Assembly (NCBI GenBank): GCA_951406725.2
Contig: OX597823.1
Location: 42,842,001-42,906,000 of the forward strand
Direction of reading: 5' to 3'
DNA: 64,000 nucleotides
From: Octopus vulgaris
Lineage: Eukaryota
The first letter of the stretch is position 1. Every line of letters begins with the position of its first letter. Shown one piece after another: positions 1 to 13,248 of the stretch. The notes under the pieces were generated by a model. It was not told the DNA's origin. It ran no database searches and saw only the letters and a program-made list of their open reading frames with translations. The position numbers were made by a program, and so were the translations under genes.

Positions 1-125
1 AGTGGTGCCGTCGTTGCCTCTGCTGCTGCTGCTGTTGTTGTTGTTGTTGCTGGTGGTGGTGGTGGTGGACGTCGTCGCCGTGATGGTAATGGTGGTAGTG
101 ATGGTAGTGGTGTTAGTCGTGATAG
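1..125. repeat. Compound triplet microsatellite (CTG/TTG/GTG)n
   Basis: Directly visible triplet runs; they explain the poly-L/V ORF 2..196. Confidence 0.9.
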
Positions 126-367
126 TATGCAGACTTTCACTAGAATCAATAGACACATACAGAAGAAACCAATTCATCTCGATTTTCTATGTATAATTCG
201 TGCACATTTTGTTTTTTCAGACATTTTCATATTTGTTGTTAATCCTTTTGTTGCCGAATCTCAGCTGAGCCGTGATCGAGTAAGATACGTAATGGTATAC
301 GTTACAAATACGACCACCCTGTTTGTTCTCAGGAACATCTAATAACGCAATATCCAATGTACCCTTC

Positions 368-487
368 CTCAGTCATTTGACTGCCGGCCAAGCTGGAGCA
401 CCGCCTCAAAGAGTTTTAGTCCCAAGAAATCGACCCCAGGATTTATTCCTTGTAAGCCCAATTCTATCGGTCTTTTGTCGAACACCA
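368..487 (-). mobile_element. 3' part of SINE family B (CORE-like tRNA SINE)
   Basis: Reverse complement matches the 3' half of the copy at 39839-40235 (gaccgatagaat...ggcggtgctccagc...gcagtcaaatgactga). Confidence 0.8.
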
Positions 488-619
488 AAGTACATACATA
501 CACACATAGGTATTTATATAAAATACGCTTTAATTGAAATAATGTCTTCCCAAAATTAAACTTATCTCATATGATAAATGTGAATGTCAGTGCGTCACAC
601 TTTTTCAACTTTAACAAAC

Positions 620-825
620 CTTTTCCACTGGAAGAACAAGGCCTCAAATTCAGAGGAAAGGGATTAAGTTGACTCCAATACATAACTGGTACTAATTTCA
701 TCGACCCCAAAGGATGAAAAGTAAAGTTGATCTCGGGGGAATTCGAACTCAAATCCTAAAGGCGGATGAAATAACGCTAAGCATTTCGACCGGCGTGCTA
801 ACGATTCTGCCAGATCGCCGCCTTA
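620..825 (-). mobile_element. SINE family A (tRNA-derived; central gtcgactttgcctttcatcctttcggggtcgataaattaagtaccag domain)
   Basis: Minus strand begins aaggcggcgatctggcagaatcgttagcac (A box) with B box gagttcgaattcc; homologous to at least 8 other copies in the window. Confidence 0.9.
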
Positions 826-972
826 ATATAATATAATATAATATAATATAATATAATATAATATAATATAATATAATATAATATAATATAATATAATATA
901 ATATAATATAATATAATATAATATAATATAATATAATATAATATAATATAATATAATATAATATAATATAAT
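826..972. repeat. (ATATA)n pentamer microsatellite
   Basis: About 29 perfect ATATA units. Confidence 0.95.
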
Positions 973-989
973 AGTAATAATAATAACAT

Positions 990-1135
990 CGAAAAATACC
1001 TTAGGAATGAGAACCCAGGTTCGAAATTTCCCTAAGATACCTGTAGAAGACTGGGGCCGAAACGTTGTGTTAACAACAAACAAGTTGAGGACAAATATCC
1101 GTCGAATGTAAATAATGTAAATATTGTAAATAATG
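990..1135 (+). mobile_element. Short repeat with a degenerate HHR-like core (Penelope pLTR-like relic)
   Basis: ctgtaga (decayed CTGANGA) at 1041-1047, GAAAC at 1059-1063, followed by a tgtaaataa-repeat tail. Confidence 0.4.
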
Positions 1136-2004
1136 AGCCGAGTGATTGTTTTATTACTTTAAAACAATTGGTATGATTTGAGTGAGGCTGAACTAGGCTA
1201 CTTGCCTAGTACTGGATATATCCCCGTTCTTATCCAGTTCTATTAATCTTGTATTCTAGAATACAAGCTTAATCTATTAGCCTCGGATCATATATTAATA
1301 GAATTTACTTGTTAAGAGAATGGTATTTCAATTTTGCGCTTGGTTGGAAAGACAATCAAAGACAAACCGTCCTGAAGCTGACCTTGTGTAGAAAGGGCAT
1401 GTTATTGAAGAGATCGTGAATGGCGATGAAAGGACTTTGACAAATTGACTGATAGACTAACCAAATGATTAAGCAAACTATCGATTAGTTTATTGGTTAA
1501 ATAGTTGACCAATTGGCGAATAATAAACAAGTGAAATAAAACCAATGTGCGTGTTTATTATTAGCATCCGATTGGAACGTAATATTTTAACTGGTGAGCA
1601 GAAATGGAATATCCACATAGTCCCAACCAAATACAGAGATGACAAGTTAAAACCTAGGCTAGAGCTGACAATGACATATAATCTTATAAGTATAGATGAT
1701 ACAACGCTGCTGTTTGACTTCAGAATAGTGATTCTTCCTCTTCTCCTCCTCCTCCTATGATAGATCGCCACGGTCCACCCACCTATGTCCTCTATTGAAA
1801 TCTGGCGGAATTTGGGTTTAGCTCACCGTCTTTCTGGACTTCAAATAAAATGTCTATCACAACCCAACACTAATAGGAGTCGATTAAATCGACTGCACAT
1901 TTCCCTTCGAAAATTGAATCATTTGCTAATTTGAGAAACCCACTTCTCTCTCCTCACCTGTTCTTTCACTTCAACTTTATTTTTCATTATTATAAACTTC
2001 ATTG

Positions 2005-2205
2005 AAGGTGGCGAACTGGCAGAATCGTTAGCACGCTGGACGAAATTCTTAGCAGTATTTTACCCATCGCTCTGTTCTGAGTTCAAATTCCGCCGAGGTC
2101 GGCTTAGTCTTTTATTGTTTCGGGGTCTATAAATTAAGCACCCGTTATATAATCGACTAGTCTCCTCCCTTAAAATTTAACGCCTTGTCCCTTTAGTAGA
2201 AATGA
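2005..2205 (+). mobile_element. SINE family A
   Basis: aaggtggcgaactggcagaatcgttagcac...gagttcaaattccgccgaggtc, (att)n tail. Confidence 0.9.
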
Positions 2206-2499
2206 TTATTATTAATTTGCTTTATATCTGCCCTTTTCCCCTTCAAAATGCGCACGAATAACAAAACACCAGTGCTCGTTTTATTCTTTACTTACACATA
2301 AAATGTATATTTTAAACAAACTATTAAAACGCATAACAGCTCAGTTTGCTCGAATATGAGGTCTGGATGTCACAACGAGGCTCAAATAGGACAATAAAGA
2401 TTTGCTTACCGTGTTTAAGTACTGTGGATAAATATTAAACATAAACAACTAAACAAGTTAATGCTGTAACCTCTCGGCATTACTATCACGAGTCTTAGA

Positions 2500-2720
2500 A
2501 CACACTCGGCCAGTTAGCCAGTGTACATGGTCTATAAGTGACAAAGATAATATTTCTCCTAAACGGGATGCCAGTCTGTCACATGGTTACTATTTACAGC
2601 TGAGCGAACTTAAGCAACATGAAATGAAGTGTTTTGCTTAAGAACACAATGCACCGCCCAGTCCGATTACGTTCTTGAGATTCTGAGTGCAACTATCTTA
2701 ACAATCCATTATGCACTTTC
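2500..2720 (-). mobile_element. SINE family C (tRNA-derived), degenerate
   Basis: gcaacatgaaatgaagtgttttgcttaagaacacaatgc is shared with 29808-30112 and 32125-32336. Confidence 0.7.
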
Positions 2721-3742
2721 ACTATTAGTGCTGTATTCAGGTTATAATATTTCAGGTGGAGACTTGTACATTCAACTTGAAATTGCCCTAAAACTGAACA
2801 TTAAATTTAAGATCTGCGAGAAGTCGATAAAAGGTGTTTAGGTACCTCACTGAATGGAGTGTCAGAGATAAATTTTTTTTTCAAGTCACCAAGAAATTCA
2901 TTTTTCTTTTTTAGATTAAGCCCACAGGCTTTGTGTATATGTGTTGAAATGATAAAATCTGGCATTAGCGCCTAAGAAGTTTTTCAAAGGCATTAGAAAC
3001 GACAAAGGAATAAAATGCCATCGATTACAAATTTATAACTGATTTGCAATCCTTGGACGTTCGTGAGTTTTCGTGCTTATCAAAATAAAATAACTCATCA
3101 GAAAATATTTTAGAGGATAAAATAATCAGAAATGTAGTAGTCTTATCAAAATGGAGTTTGACAACAACATAAGCGATTCGATACACGAACACTGCATCAC
3201 TCCATTAAAACTTCTCCAAACAGCGACTAATCGCTAAAATGAAATATGAGAATAATCAGACTAAAAGAAAAATATGTCTATATTTGGTGCTCATCCAAGT
3301 AAAGGGTCTGAATAATCAACAATTTTCGATGAAGAAGATACCACTAACATGTTAAAGATGGCGCGATTCTACTTAATATAATATTTGCAATCTGTATTTC
3401 ATTAGTCCACTTGTGCGATCAGGCACATAAACTAAGCCAGTTTCAACTGTTTATGTCTGTTTAGGTGTTGTTCGTATTTATGTAGTCAATATTTATAACA
3501 GTTGTTTACATATACAACAGCTACACTTTGTCTGTCCAGTCAATATCTAACTAGACGATACAGAAAATCAGAAAACGTCTGCTTTCGGTCAAATTTAAGT
3601 CCCCGTCTATATTTATTTAATGTATTTACTTTCCTTTCCTCTCTGTCAGAAATATAAAGTAAAAACTGAGAAAGTTACTTGAACTTACGAAAAGACGAAC
3701 AAGTTTTGAAAAACAGAATTGGTGGGAGTGCTAAGGACTTAC

Positions 3743-3892
3743 CTGAAAAGGAATGATCTGATTTTTTTATCCAATTCGGCATGCGCCGAAGTAGTATTCA
3801 TGCCAGCTTTCAGTTGAAATGTTAGTGATTTCTTCGTCATAATATACCGCTCGTTGTTCTGGTAGTTTAGCACCTCAATATCGCAGACGACC
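3743..3892 (-). CDS. Candidate internal exon (150 bp, phase 2-2) of a second lipocalin-like gene: VVCDIEVLNYQNNERYIMTKKSLTFQLKAGMNTTSAHAELDKKIRSFLF(R)
   Basis: Minus strand: acceptor ttttaccctgacaaatag, perfect donor CAG|GTAAGT, only one open frame. Weak ungapped similarity to exon 30291-30443 (Y-x-[ML]-T...TS...LF) with the same phases. Confidence 0.6.
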
Positions 3893-4390
3893 CTATTTGT
3901 CAGGGTAAAATATAAAATTGATTTTGAAAACATATTTTCTTTAGTGTACGTCTAACAGTAATTATCAACATTATTATCTGCAGAGATTATGGTTCAGGAC
4001 TACTTAGAAGAGACTTCAGGATAAACGTAGACTTGTCATCATTTAAAGAATATGATGACAGCAGAAATATTTCTAGAAAATTTGAAAGCTAAAAGACTCA
4101 TCGGTTATTGACTGTTGAATACACACACACAAACACACACTCAAATACACTCACATATACACATGAACATACGCATGTGTATATAAGTATACACACAATT
4201 CCCACACATATGCATGTTGAAATTTACAGAATACGAAAGACGAAGATAGGTGAAGGAACAAGAAACAAGTGAATTAGTTTAACGCTCAGAAGAAATGGAA
4301 AAGTCTTTGACGTTTTGAACCTGCGCTCTTCGACAGAAAGGACTGAGAGGAAACAATAGGAGAGAGAGAGAAAAAACATGTAGGGATGAT

Positions 4391-5104
4391 GCAATTTCCG
4401 TTGCCTCATCAGTAAGAACTGGCGCGAATTCTGCAGATTCCGGACTTATTTCTCCGTCAGTATATATGTTTCCCCCATAAAAATCTATGGCTGATTTAGC
4501 GAATCGCTAAAATGTATACAGAAAATTAATATAGTAATGTGAAATATTTTACCAAAAAGGAAAACTAATAGTTGTTACTGAATATGACTAGGGTGTTAGA
4601 AACAGTTACAATGCTAGAAATAAGAGCTAAAATGCTCTACTGCTGTAATGATCAGTAAGGACTAGATCGACTTCGGCAGATTCCGGACTTAATTTTCCGT
4701 CAGTATATATGTTTTCACCATAAAAATGTATGGATTCTTTAGTGGACGCTTATAGTATATACAAAAATTTCTGTTGCCTCATCAGTAAGGACAGGCTCCA
4801 GTGATGAAACTACGGAATTTGCCGAAACTAACCGGTCAGTATAGGCAATTATCGATCGGCAATTTCCGTTGCTTCATTCATAAGGACTGGTTCAACTGAT
4901 GAAGCAACGGAAATTGCCGAAACTGACCGGTCAGTATAGGGAATTCACGGTAGGTGTTTTCCGGCGATTATAGTGCCTGTCAGTATATAAGTGTACAATT
5001 ATGTGCTTTGACTCCAGCTTTAGGGTGACTAGCTCTTTTATCTAGCAATGTAGATGTTTCTAACACCCTAGGCTTATTTAGTAACAATTATAGTTTCCCT
5101 TTTT
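4391..5104. mobile_element. Composite element: ~76-bp imperfect terminal inverted repeats (4554-4629 / 5030-5104) enclosing repeated hammerhead-bearing units
   Basis: TIR core ctagggtgttagaaaca / tgtttctaacaccctag. The unit at 4391-4527 is repeated at about 4651-4770. The motif gtcagtata occurs five times. Confidence 0.75.
4896..4941 (+). ncRNA. Type I hammerhead ribozyme motif
   Basis: CTGATGA 4896-4902; stem II (a)GCAA-cggaaa-TTGC(c); GAAA 4919-4922; palindromic stem III ACTGACCGGTCAGT; GTA triplet 4934-4936. The stem I 5' strand is decayed here but is CCTTA in the inverted sister copies. A second, more decayed copy lies at 4801-4846. Confidence 0.7.
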
Positions 5105-5132
5105 CGTATAACACTGAACACTGCTCTTTATC

Positions 5133-5204
<72 letters not shown>

Positions 5205-5861
5205 TCTCACACACACATAAGCATACACAGAGACACTTACATACGCACATAAATGTCATGCATATGTATGTGCTTGTAGGTATGTGTGTGTGTTAGGTAT
5301 ATGTCTCAGCATTTCAATGTCCTTCCTGATTGTACTTATAGTTGCATAGGCTTCTTCCATTGAAGAAGGTGGGTATCATCTTGGCCAAACAAAATTTTCT
5401 ATGGCCTTACATTGCTCCATACCATGTGAGTTAAATTGAGCCGGAAGAAACTATAGAAGCTCGTTGGGTGAATTGTATCCGTAATAAGAGCACTGCCTTC
5501 TCATGCACTTTCACGCCGAGGAAATACATTCAACCAGAGGAAATATATTAAGGTTACCATGAGTCTCAAAAATACTTAGCCACCAACGCGTTAATTCATG
5601 AGGAGATAACTCAGATAGTCGAATGACAGAGATACAGTGAAAGAGCGGTGCTTAAACGGAATAAAGAAACTTCTTTCAAAAGCCTGAAAATGAATATAGC
5701 AGTCGCTAGACTTCGACCATCCTGTGTTTAGTCGAACAATTCGCGCCCAGTACTTATTTATAAACCTGGCAGTTATTTTATCCGTTCCTTTTGCTGAACC
5801 GGTTGTCAATAGATGGTGGGAGGCAAACACAAACACACATGCAAACAAACGCACGAACATG

Positions 5862-6210
5862 TGCTAAGAAACTTACTTTCCGAGTACATAGTTCCGGGTT
5901 CAGTCCCACTGCGTGGCACCTTAAAACGTTTCTTTTACTATAGCTTCGAGCCGATCAAAGGCTTGTGAGTGGATTTGGTAGATGGAAACTGTAAGAAACC
6001 CATCGTGTATATATATGCATATATCTATGTGTCTGTGACTTTGTTCTCTGTTTGTCCCCCCTCCCCAGCACTGTGGCGTGGGTGAGTCTACGTCCCTGTA
6101 ACTTAGCAGGTCGATAAAATAAGCTCTGGGTTCGATTTGTTTGACTATAACCCTTCAAGAGGGTACTCTAGCATGTCTTCAATCAAATGACTGAAACAAG
6201 TAAAAGCATA
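5862..6210 (+). mobile_element. SINE family B
   Basis: ggttcagtcccactgcgtggcacctt...gtgagtggatttggtagatggaaactg...caaatgactgaaacaagtaaaag. Confidence 0.88.
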
Positions 6211-6231
6211 TAAGCATGTGTGTGTGCGTGT

Positions 6232-6294
<63 letters not shown>

Positions 6295-6297
<3 letters not shown>

Positions 6298-6450
6298 GTT
6301 GGACTTCCACAGAGTTTCCACCAAATTCATTCACAAGGTATTGGTCGGCCCGAAGCTAAAGTAGAAAACAACTGACGTAAGTGCCACGAAATGGGACTGA
6401 ATCCGAAAGAACTGGTTTGCAAAGCGATCTTTTTAACCACACAGTCATAA
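6295..6450 (-). mobile_element. SINE family B, 5' half
   Basis: Reverse complement of the family B head (ttcagtcccatttcgtggcac...ccttgtgaatgaatttggtggaaac). Confidence 0.75.
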
Positions 6451-8564
6451 ATATGCCTATAATTATATCAAAAAGGTTTATTAATCTCGGTTTAAAATCC
6501 TAATCATAGGTAAGTATGAACATTTTCAAATAGACTCTAACCCTGAATATCTAAATATCTACAGTTCACTACGAATAGATCCTGAGTTGATCCAAGTACG
6601 ATTCAGTTACATATACCCTCGTTTAATACGAGTGTTCGCTTTTTAAAAGCCCACCGTGTTAAATGAACCAGTTATAAACTAATAGCAGAATATATGGGAA
6701 AATTGGTTTTGTTTCGAGACCTCAGACGACGCTTTGTGGATGGCTACTAACGCAACCTTTTGCGGTCCAATTATAATCTTTGACTGATTGTCAACCTGTG
6801 TTATCACAGATGAATTTGAGATGAGCGTAACAAATCAGTATAGCGTTTTGTATCAAATCAGTGATGAATGGATCCGCGATATACTAGCGTAGATGTACTT
6901 CGAAATATGTTTAATAGTTATATGATGTATTATGTCTCCAACTTTGTAATGTAATACCGCACTTGCAATTACTTATTTAGTACGTCTAGAAGAGATACTG
7001 TAATGTTGCATCTTGGAGTTAGCTTTTTAATTAATAACACTGTAAACCAAAACTAGGAACTGACATTCTGTATCATTGAAGCTCAGCGCATGAAAGAATT
7101 AACCAGTTTAACACTCACAATACAAACGATAAAAAGCAGCAGCAACAGCATTAATCATTATCCCCAACGGCAACAGCAACAAGTGCTACAAATACAATTG
7201 TTATTATTATTATTACTACTATTACTATTGGTACTACAAAAGCAATGCTGTAAGAAGCAGCTAATCACAAAAGCAAATAGTGTCCTCTGGAAGCAGAGTG
7301 TAAACAGATTAATTTTTAATCCACAAGATCAACAGTGAATACAGAAGAAATCAATCAAACTATATTAACAACCATAAAACCAGTTTGCAATTACAACGTC
7401 AGAAACAACAACAATAATAGCAATCGCACCAGCAACTATCAGAATCAAACAGCAAAAGGAAATACATACAATTAAACACAAATTATAGTAGTAGAAGTCA
7501 CTTGTCCAGGGTGCTGCGCCTCCGGGGCAGAAGAAGGCCAGACCAACAGAAATTTGAAGGACGAAAGAGTGGGACTAGATCTGCACAAATCCCCACGATA
7601 AGAATACAAAAAGACTAAAGTAGTAAGTCCCTACTGGAAATCCGGAGGGAGAGCCCGAAGGTAGATATATACGGTTATTCTTAAACAATATTCGGTACAC
7701 TTGTGGCTCCATGTATTGACCTGTTTTTTCATTATGATGTATCCCTGAATGGAGGAGGGCTGATAGTGTACTAAGCGGCTAGGTACAAGCTTCTGGGAAC
7801 TGCAAAGAAGTATAAGTTACTGTCTCTGCAATACCGTCGAGTACGATGGTGTTTTTTGTTGTTTAATTCATGGTCGGTTGTATAAATACAAGTGTTTTAA
7901 ATATCAATCCGTTGTATTTAGGAGGTTATTATGGGCATTTAATGGATGAACATTTTAGTGATACTATCGCCCTATGAAAAAAAAAGACAAAAATAAGAAA
8001 CTAATCTATTAATATCATCCAGACTGTAATTATCGTAACTATAAGAGAAGTCCCACTTCAAAAAAGTTTTAACTTATACACTTCAGATGATGTCATTCTG
8101 ATGATATCTAAAAAGGATGAAATGGTGCTATACATAATTACCTAAGACGAGAAATTTTAATACCTTCATAACAAGTAAGAATACATGATTAAATAATCAA
8201 GTTTTGTATCTCTCTTTCTTTATTCGATAATTTCAAATACTAATCTCTAATCTCACCAAGTGTTATGAAGAAATTATTATATTCCTTGTGCTAACATTCT
8301 GCCAAGGAAATCCAGAAGTTCGACAAAGGAAGCATTTCTGAAGAACTGAATGCGAGTGTAACACTTTTAGCATTTACTGAATGTCTGTCTTTCACCTCAA
8401 TAGACAGACAAACATATGTCAGGAGATGAAATATAGTATGATAAAATTAAATAAATGTTGGTTTGTCACTTCCAATGAATATTTCACTTTAGTAGTTAGT
8501 TCTTCATTTAAGAAAATAACAAGTATGAAATAGTGTCGTTGATATAATACCGAGTAAACGAGTA

Positions 8565-8623
8565 ATAATAATGATGAGGATCATGCTAAAATTAATAAAG
8601 ATAAGAATAACAGCGATGCTGCT

Positions 8624-8654
<31 letters not shown>

Positions 8655-8768
8655 TTCATGGTAGCAATATTGACGACGTTAACAATAATAAGACTAATAA
8701 AAACAAAAGAAAGGGGTGGAAAATTGGAAGGAAAAGACGGAGTCGTAGTAGCAGCAGTAGTAGTAGTG

Positions 8769-8823
<55 letters not shown>

Positions 8824-8970
8824 AGGAGGAGGAGGAGGAGAGAAAAGAAGAAAAGGAAGAGGGAGGAGAAGAAGAAAAAGAGTAGATGGAGAAGAGGAAT
8901 AAGAAGAGGATAAAGTGAAAGGAGAGGAGGAGAAGGCTAAGAAGAAGAAGAAGAAATGAAGAAGGAAGCG
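8565..8970. repeat. Compound triplet microsatellite (GCT/GAT/GTA/GAG/GAA)n
   Basis: Visible runs; they explain ORFs 8571..8885 and 8656..9048. Confidence 0.9.
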
Positions 8971-9584
8971 GCGACGTCTGTTTATGGGAGGCATGGCAGA
9001 CGAACTATAAAGCAATAACAGGCCTAGTGGCGCCCTCTTTCGTGCCATAAATTTCCATTATATTTACGAAATAAATATAAAAGTCTCCTCAGTCGCTTCG
9101 ATTTGCTACACTCTGTTATGATGATTGTGTCAAAGCGCCTTGCGAAAACTATGACAGTTTAGAGTTGAATTCTTTAACAGTTGTAAATTTTACATGTTAG
9201 AATTCGTGATATTTCCTAACAAAAGATTGTATCATGCTTTCATTTTACTTTCAATTGATGTTGTTTTAGCTCTCTTTTAGCTTTGGGTATCTCCCATTGC
9301 ACAAAGTAAGATTTGCTCAACGCAAACGGCTCGTGACCTCCATAGAATAAACCGATCGAGTATTTTGAATCTATACCGAGCGAACAAACATGTCTTTTGT
9401 ATGGGAGAATATATATATATATATATATAAATGAATATGTATGTGTGTGTATACATACAATATGTGTGTGTGAGGGGTAACGTGTTTATCTACTACTCTG
9501 TATCTATGTATTATGTACGTATGTAAGCGTGTACGTAGGTGTCAATGTGTGCGTGTATGTGTGTGTGTGTGGGGAGGTGCGTGT

Positions 9585-9801
9585 AAGGCTGCGAGCTGGC
9601 AGAAACGTTAGCACGCCGGGCGAAATGCTTAGCAGTATTTCGTCTGTCTTTACCTTCTGATTTCAAATTCCGCCAAGGTCGACTTTGCCTTATATCATTT
9701 CGGGGTCGATAAATTATGTACCAGTTACGTACTGGGGTCGATCTAATTCACTAGTCCACTCCTTCAAAATTTCGGGCTTTGTGCTAAGAGTAGAAAAGAA
9801 T
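9585..9801 (+). mobile_element. SINE family A
   Basis: aaggctgcgagctggcagaaacgttagcacgccgggcgaaatgcttagc...gtcgataaattatgtaccag. Confidence 0.9.
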
Positions 9802-12344
9802 GTGTGCGTGTGTGTGTACATATTTATACATAGATATACATTTAAACACGTGCATTTATTTATAGGTATCTATATTTATACAAAAATTGGGTGGATGGAT
9901 GGATGGATGGACAGACGGACGTATGCATATATGTATTCATACATGTATACAAATTGGTATGAGTACATACACATGGGTACGCAATCAAGTGTGCCTATAT
10001 GTGCATGTAAATGCGCTTTGCTGGGGTTTAAAATTATTTACCCTCGATTCACATTTGATACGAACAAATTTGAAATTACTTTTGTTTGCCGTAGTTAAAA
10101 TCAACCAGAAATATATGGATACTATTACATCTACACATACTAAATAATGTAAGAGATATAAAATGTCTTTGGAGATGAATAAAAAATATATGAGGTGGAT
10201 TGGCAGAAGTGCAAGGACGGCGAACAAGCTACCCCTCAGTGTTTGTTTCTGTTCTTTGCATCCTGAGTTCAAATCTTGCAATGTTCTACTTCGGTGGTAA
10301 ACTTAACCAGTAGCTCGGTTCAACAGCTCAACCCCCTAGCACGTTGAGTGTTGTAAGCCGAATCGTTGCAAACATTCGGCTCAGGTTTCTGGTTTGAGGA
10401 TGCCATACTCTTTTCATCTCATGAGTCTCGGACACCCGTTGAAAGATCACAGTCATTGAACACCTCACCAAAAAGGGTTCGATCTCGGAATGAAGTCGTT
10501 GCGAAGCGAAATTCGTAAGCCCAAACAATCAAACCCGAGCCTATAACTAGAAATCAAAAACCTAAAGAATGCGGATGGCCATTAAAAATATATCTGCAGA
10601 TATACGATTTCTATTTTTGTGTTCTGTCCGCCACCGCTATGACCGTTGTTGCATCTGAGTCTATCATCAGAGGGATTTGAACTGACGGCATAAAAATACG
10701 CAACAATATATCGTAAAGTATTATCTCCGACATACTTTACCAATGCTGCTAAATCCGGCCAGTTTCTTGCCTCAATGTATGAAGAAATTAAAAAGGGAAA
10801 TTACGAAAGAATTTTTTCCAGGAAATTTAAACCTGCTCGACTAATTGAAATATGTTCTCTTAACAACAACATATATACTACACAAAGTGTTGAAACTAGC
10901 TAATCTCTAAACTGTACATTGTCTCTAAACTGTAGATTCGTTCCGCACCCACTACGCATTTTAATCATTTCGAATGCTATCTGAATAAATGCTCTATTCT
11001 TCCTCTATAACTTATGCTTATCGTATTTGGAATTTGAATTAAATTTTACCTGCTTTTCAGACATATATAGAAGTACGACGTGCAAAAAAAAGCGAACGAA
11101 TTTATCTGACAACCCAATTATTTTCATCGCAACAGCAGTATGTCGCATTTGCATGCTTGTGTAAATGATAGGCATCTTAGAATCAATATTTAAGATACAG
11201 AAACAGTCAGAATATTAACAAGATTACAACAACAGCGCCAATATAATCAGTTATAGAAAGAGCAATGGGAAAACAATAACCAATCTAGTGAGAGAGTTCA
11301 TAGATAGTTAGTAAGCCTGATATTTTTTATCGTTGAATTTCATTTATCAAGCTTCTGACCGTTAAAAAATATTAATTACATAAAGATGCACGGATTTATC
11401 GTAATTATGTTCCTGCCCATTCGAACGTTACTGGTACTCACTGCAGGAATTTTTGTCCTGGAGAACAACGCTACCAACAGAATTTGTTTCGAAAAGCACA
11501 CCAATCTCCAAATTATGCCATCGGTCTATCATACACCGCTGTTTTACCTCAATTTCTTTTCTTCAGTTGTAGACACTGCTTCGAGCTTTCTGAACGAAAC
11601 AGGAACTTATGTTCTTATATATAAATCATCAAACAATTCGTTTACTGTTATTTTCTGAAACTTGCCAGACTGGAATTAATTCAGCACAAGCATATGAAAC
11701 AGCAAGGATAAAAATATCCATGTGTACATTTGTTTTTAGGGCACACCCTGCGCGATTTTTGCACCCCAGTACAACTCACATTCGACATTGTGCGAGAAAA
11801 AATAAAACACTAAGCTTCAAATGATATCAAAAGATTCTGAGACAAGAGCTTTGCACTTTTTCACCTATTCGTTGATAAACATAATTTTTATTGAAGTCTT
11901 AAATATTTAGGCAGTTTGCTTTATGGCTAAAAAATTTTTTTTATGAAACACGGTATTATACAGATTCAAATTATGGATCATTTATGTTTTTTTATCAGAG
12001 CCACAGATTTACTGACACGTGTTATCCAGCCATGTAAACAGCAACAAAACATTAACAACAACTAAAACAAAGGTGATAGGGAACATTACAACAGCAATAA
12101 GAACAACGATAATAGTAATAACATTAAACATCAACAAACACACGAAACACATTATTCCTAATATCATCTTTTGGAAATTAAAAAAATCCAATAATATTAA
12201 GTGCGATGTCTTGATAGCCATGGTTTTCCGAAAGGCGATCGCTTGTAACAGAAGCGAGATGACTTCAACTTTGAGCCAGAATAGAATTTTTACGCATTTT
12301 ATTCCCCAGAAACAGTATTAACATAGGCACAAGGCATGTCTGTA

Positions 12345-12890
12345 TTGTTAGATAGCACATTTTGCAACAACATGGTTTCGTATTCAGTCCCACTGCGCAG
12401 CATCTTGGGCAAATTTCTTCTGCAGACGTGAGCCAACCAATAACTAAAGTGTTACTTTGGCCGACGAGAACTGTGTGGAAGTCCCTCGTATATTAAACAT
12501 GCGTGTGTGTGTGTGCGTATGTTTGTCTCTGTGTATGCGTGTGTATGTGCTTTTGGGTGTGTGTGTGTGTTTGTGTTTTTCTCTTCCTTCGTATATTAAA
12601 CATGCGTGTGTGTGTGCGTATGTTTGTGTCTGTGTATGCGTGTGTATGTGATTTTGGGTGTGTGTGTGTTTTTGTGTTTTTTCTCTTCTACCGCATATCA
12701 ACTGGTATTGGTCCGCTTATGTACCCGCAATCTAGAGGTTCGCCAAAATACGCTTTTAGAATAAATGCCAGACTTAACAAAAAAATTAAGTACTACTGTT
12801 CATTTGTTCAAGTAAATTCTTCAAGTGATGGTCTACGATGGCCGCAGTCCAGTGACTGAAACAAGTAAAAGATGAAAGATAAAAGAATAT
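12345..12890 (+). mobile_element. SINE family B with an internal ~105-bp tandem duplication of its (TG)-rich linker
   Basis: Head ttcagtcccactgcg, tail gtgactgaaacaagtaaaagat; tcgtatattaaacatgcgtg occurs at about 12487 and 12589. Confidence 0.75.
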
Positions 12891-13196
12891 GGATAATACC
12901 AGTAAGACCAACGTCACCCGAGAAAAGTCAATTAGGTACCTGAGAAACCAAATTAAGGATTGTCTGTGTGATGGCTAGATTTGCAAAAGATATCAACCAA
13001 ATTTTCGTTAAATTACATCCAACTGTCTTAAAAGGTATCAGTTATTGTAGTTTTAGATGTACACAACTTGAAGAATGAAAGCAGATGTAATGAGCTCGGC
13101 TGTAAGGATTTAGATTATTATTTTGCTTCATTAGGGAGGAATGGGCGAAGCAACAAGAGAGAGAATATTTACTAAATTTGATAAAGCTACCGTTGT

Positions 13197-13248
<52 letters not shown>

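Noticed and set aside
4391-4990. CRISPR-like repeat array
   Set aside because: Units are in mixed orientation with irregular, mutually homologous spacers, the context is eukaryotic and there are no cas genes.
11386-11658. 90-aa plus-strand hydrophobic ORF
   Set aside because: No recognisable motif or splice support; a minus-strand donor near 11440 is only weak evidence of an exon.
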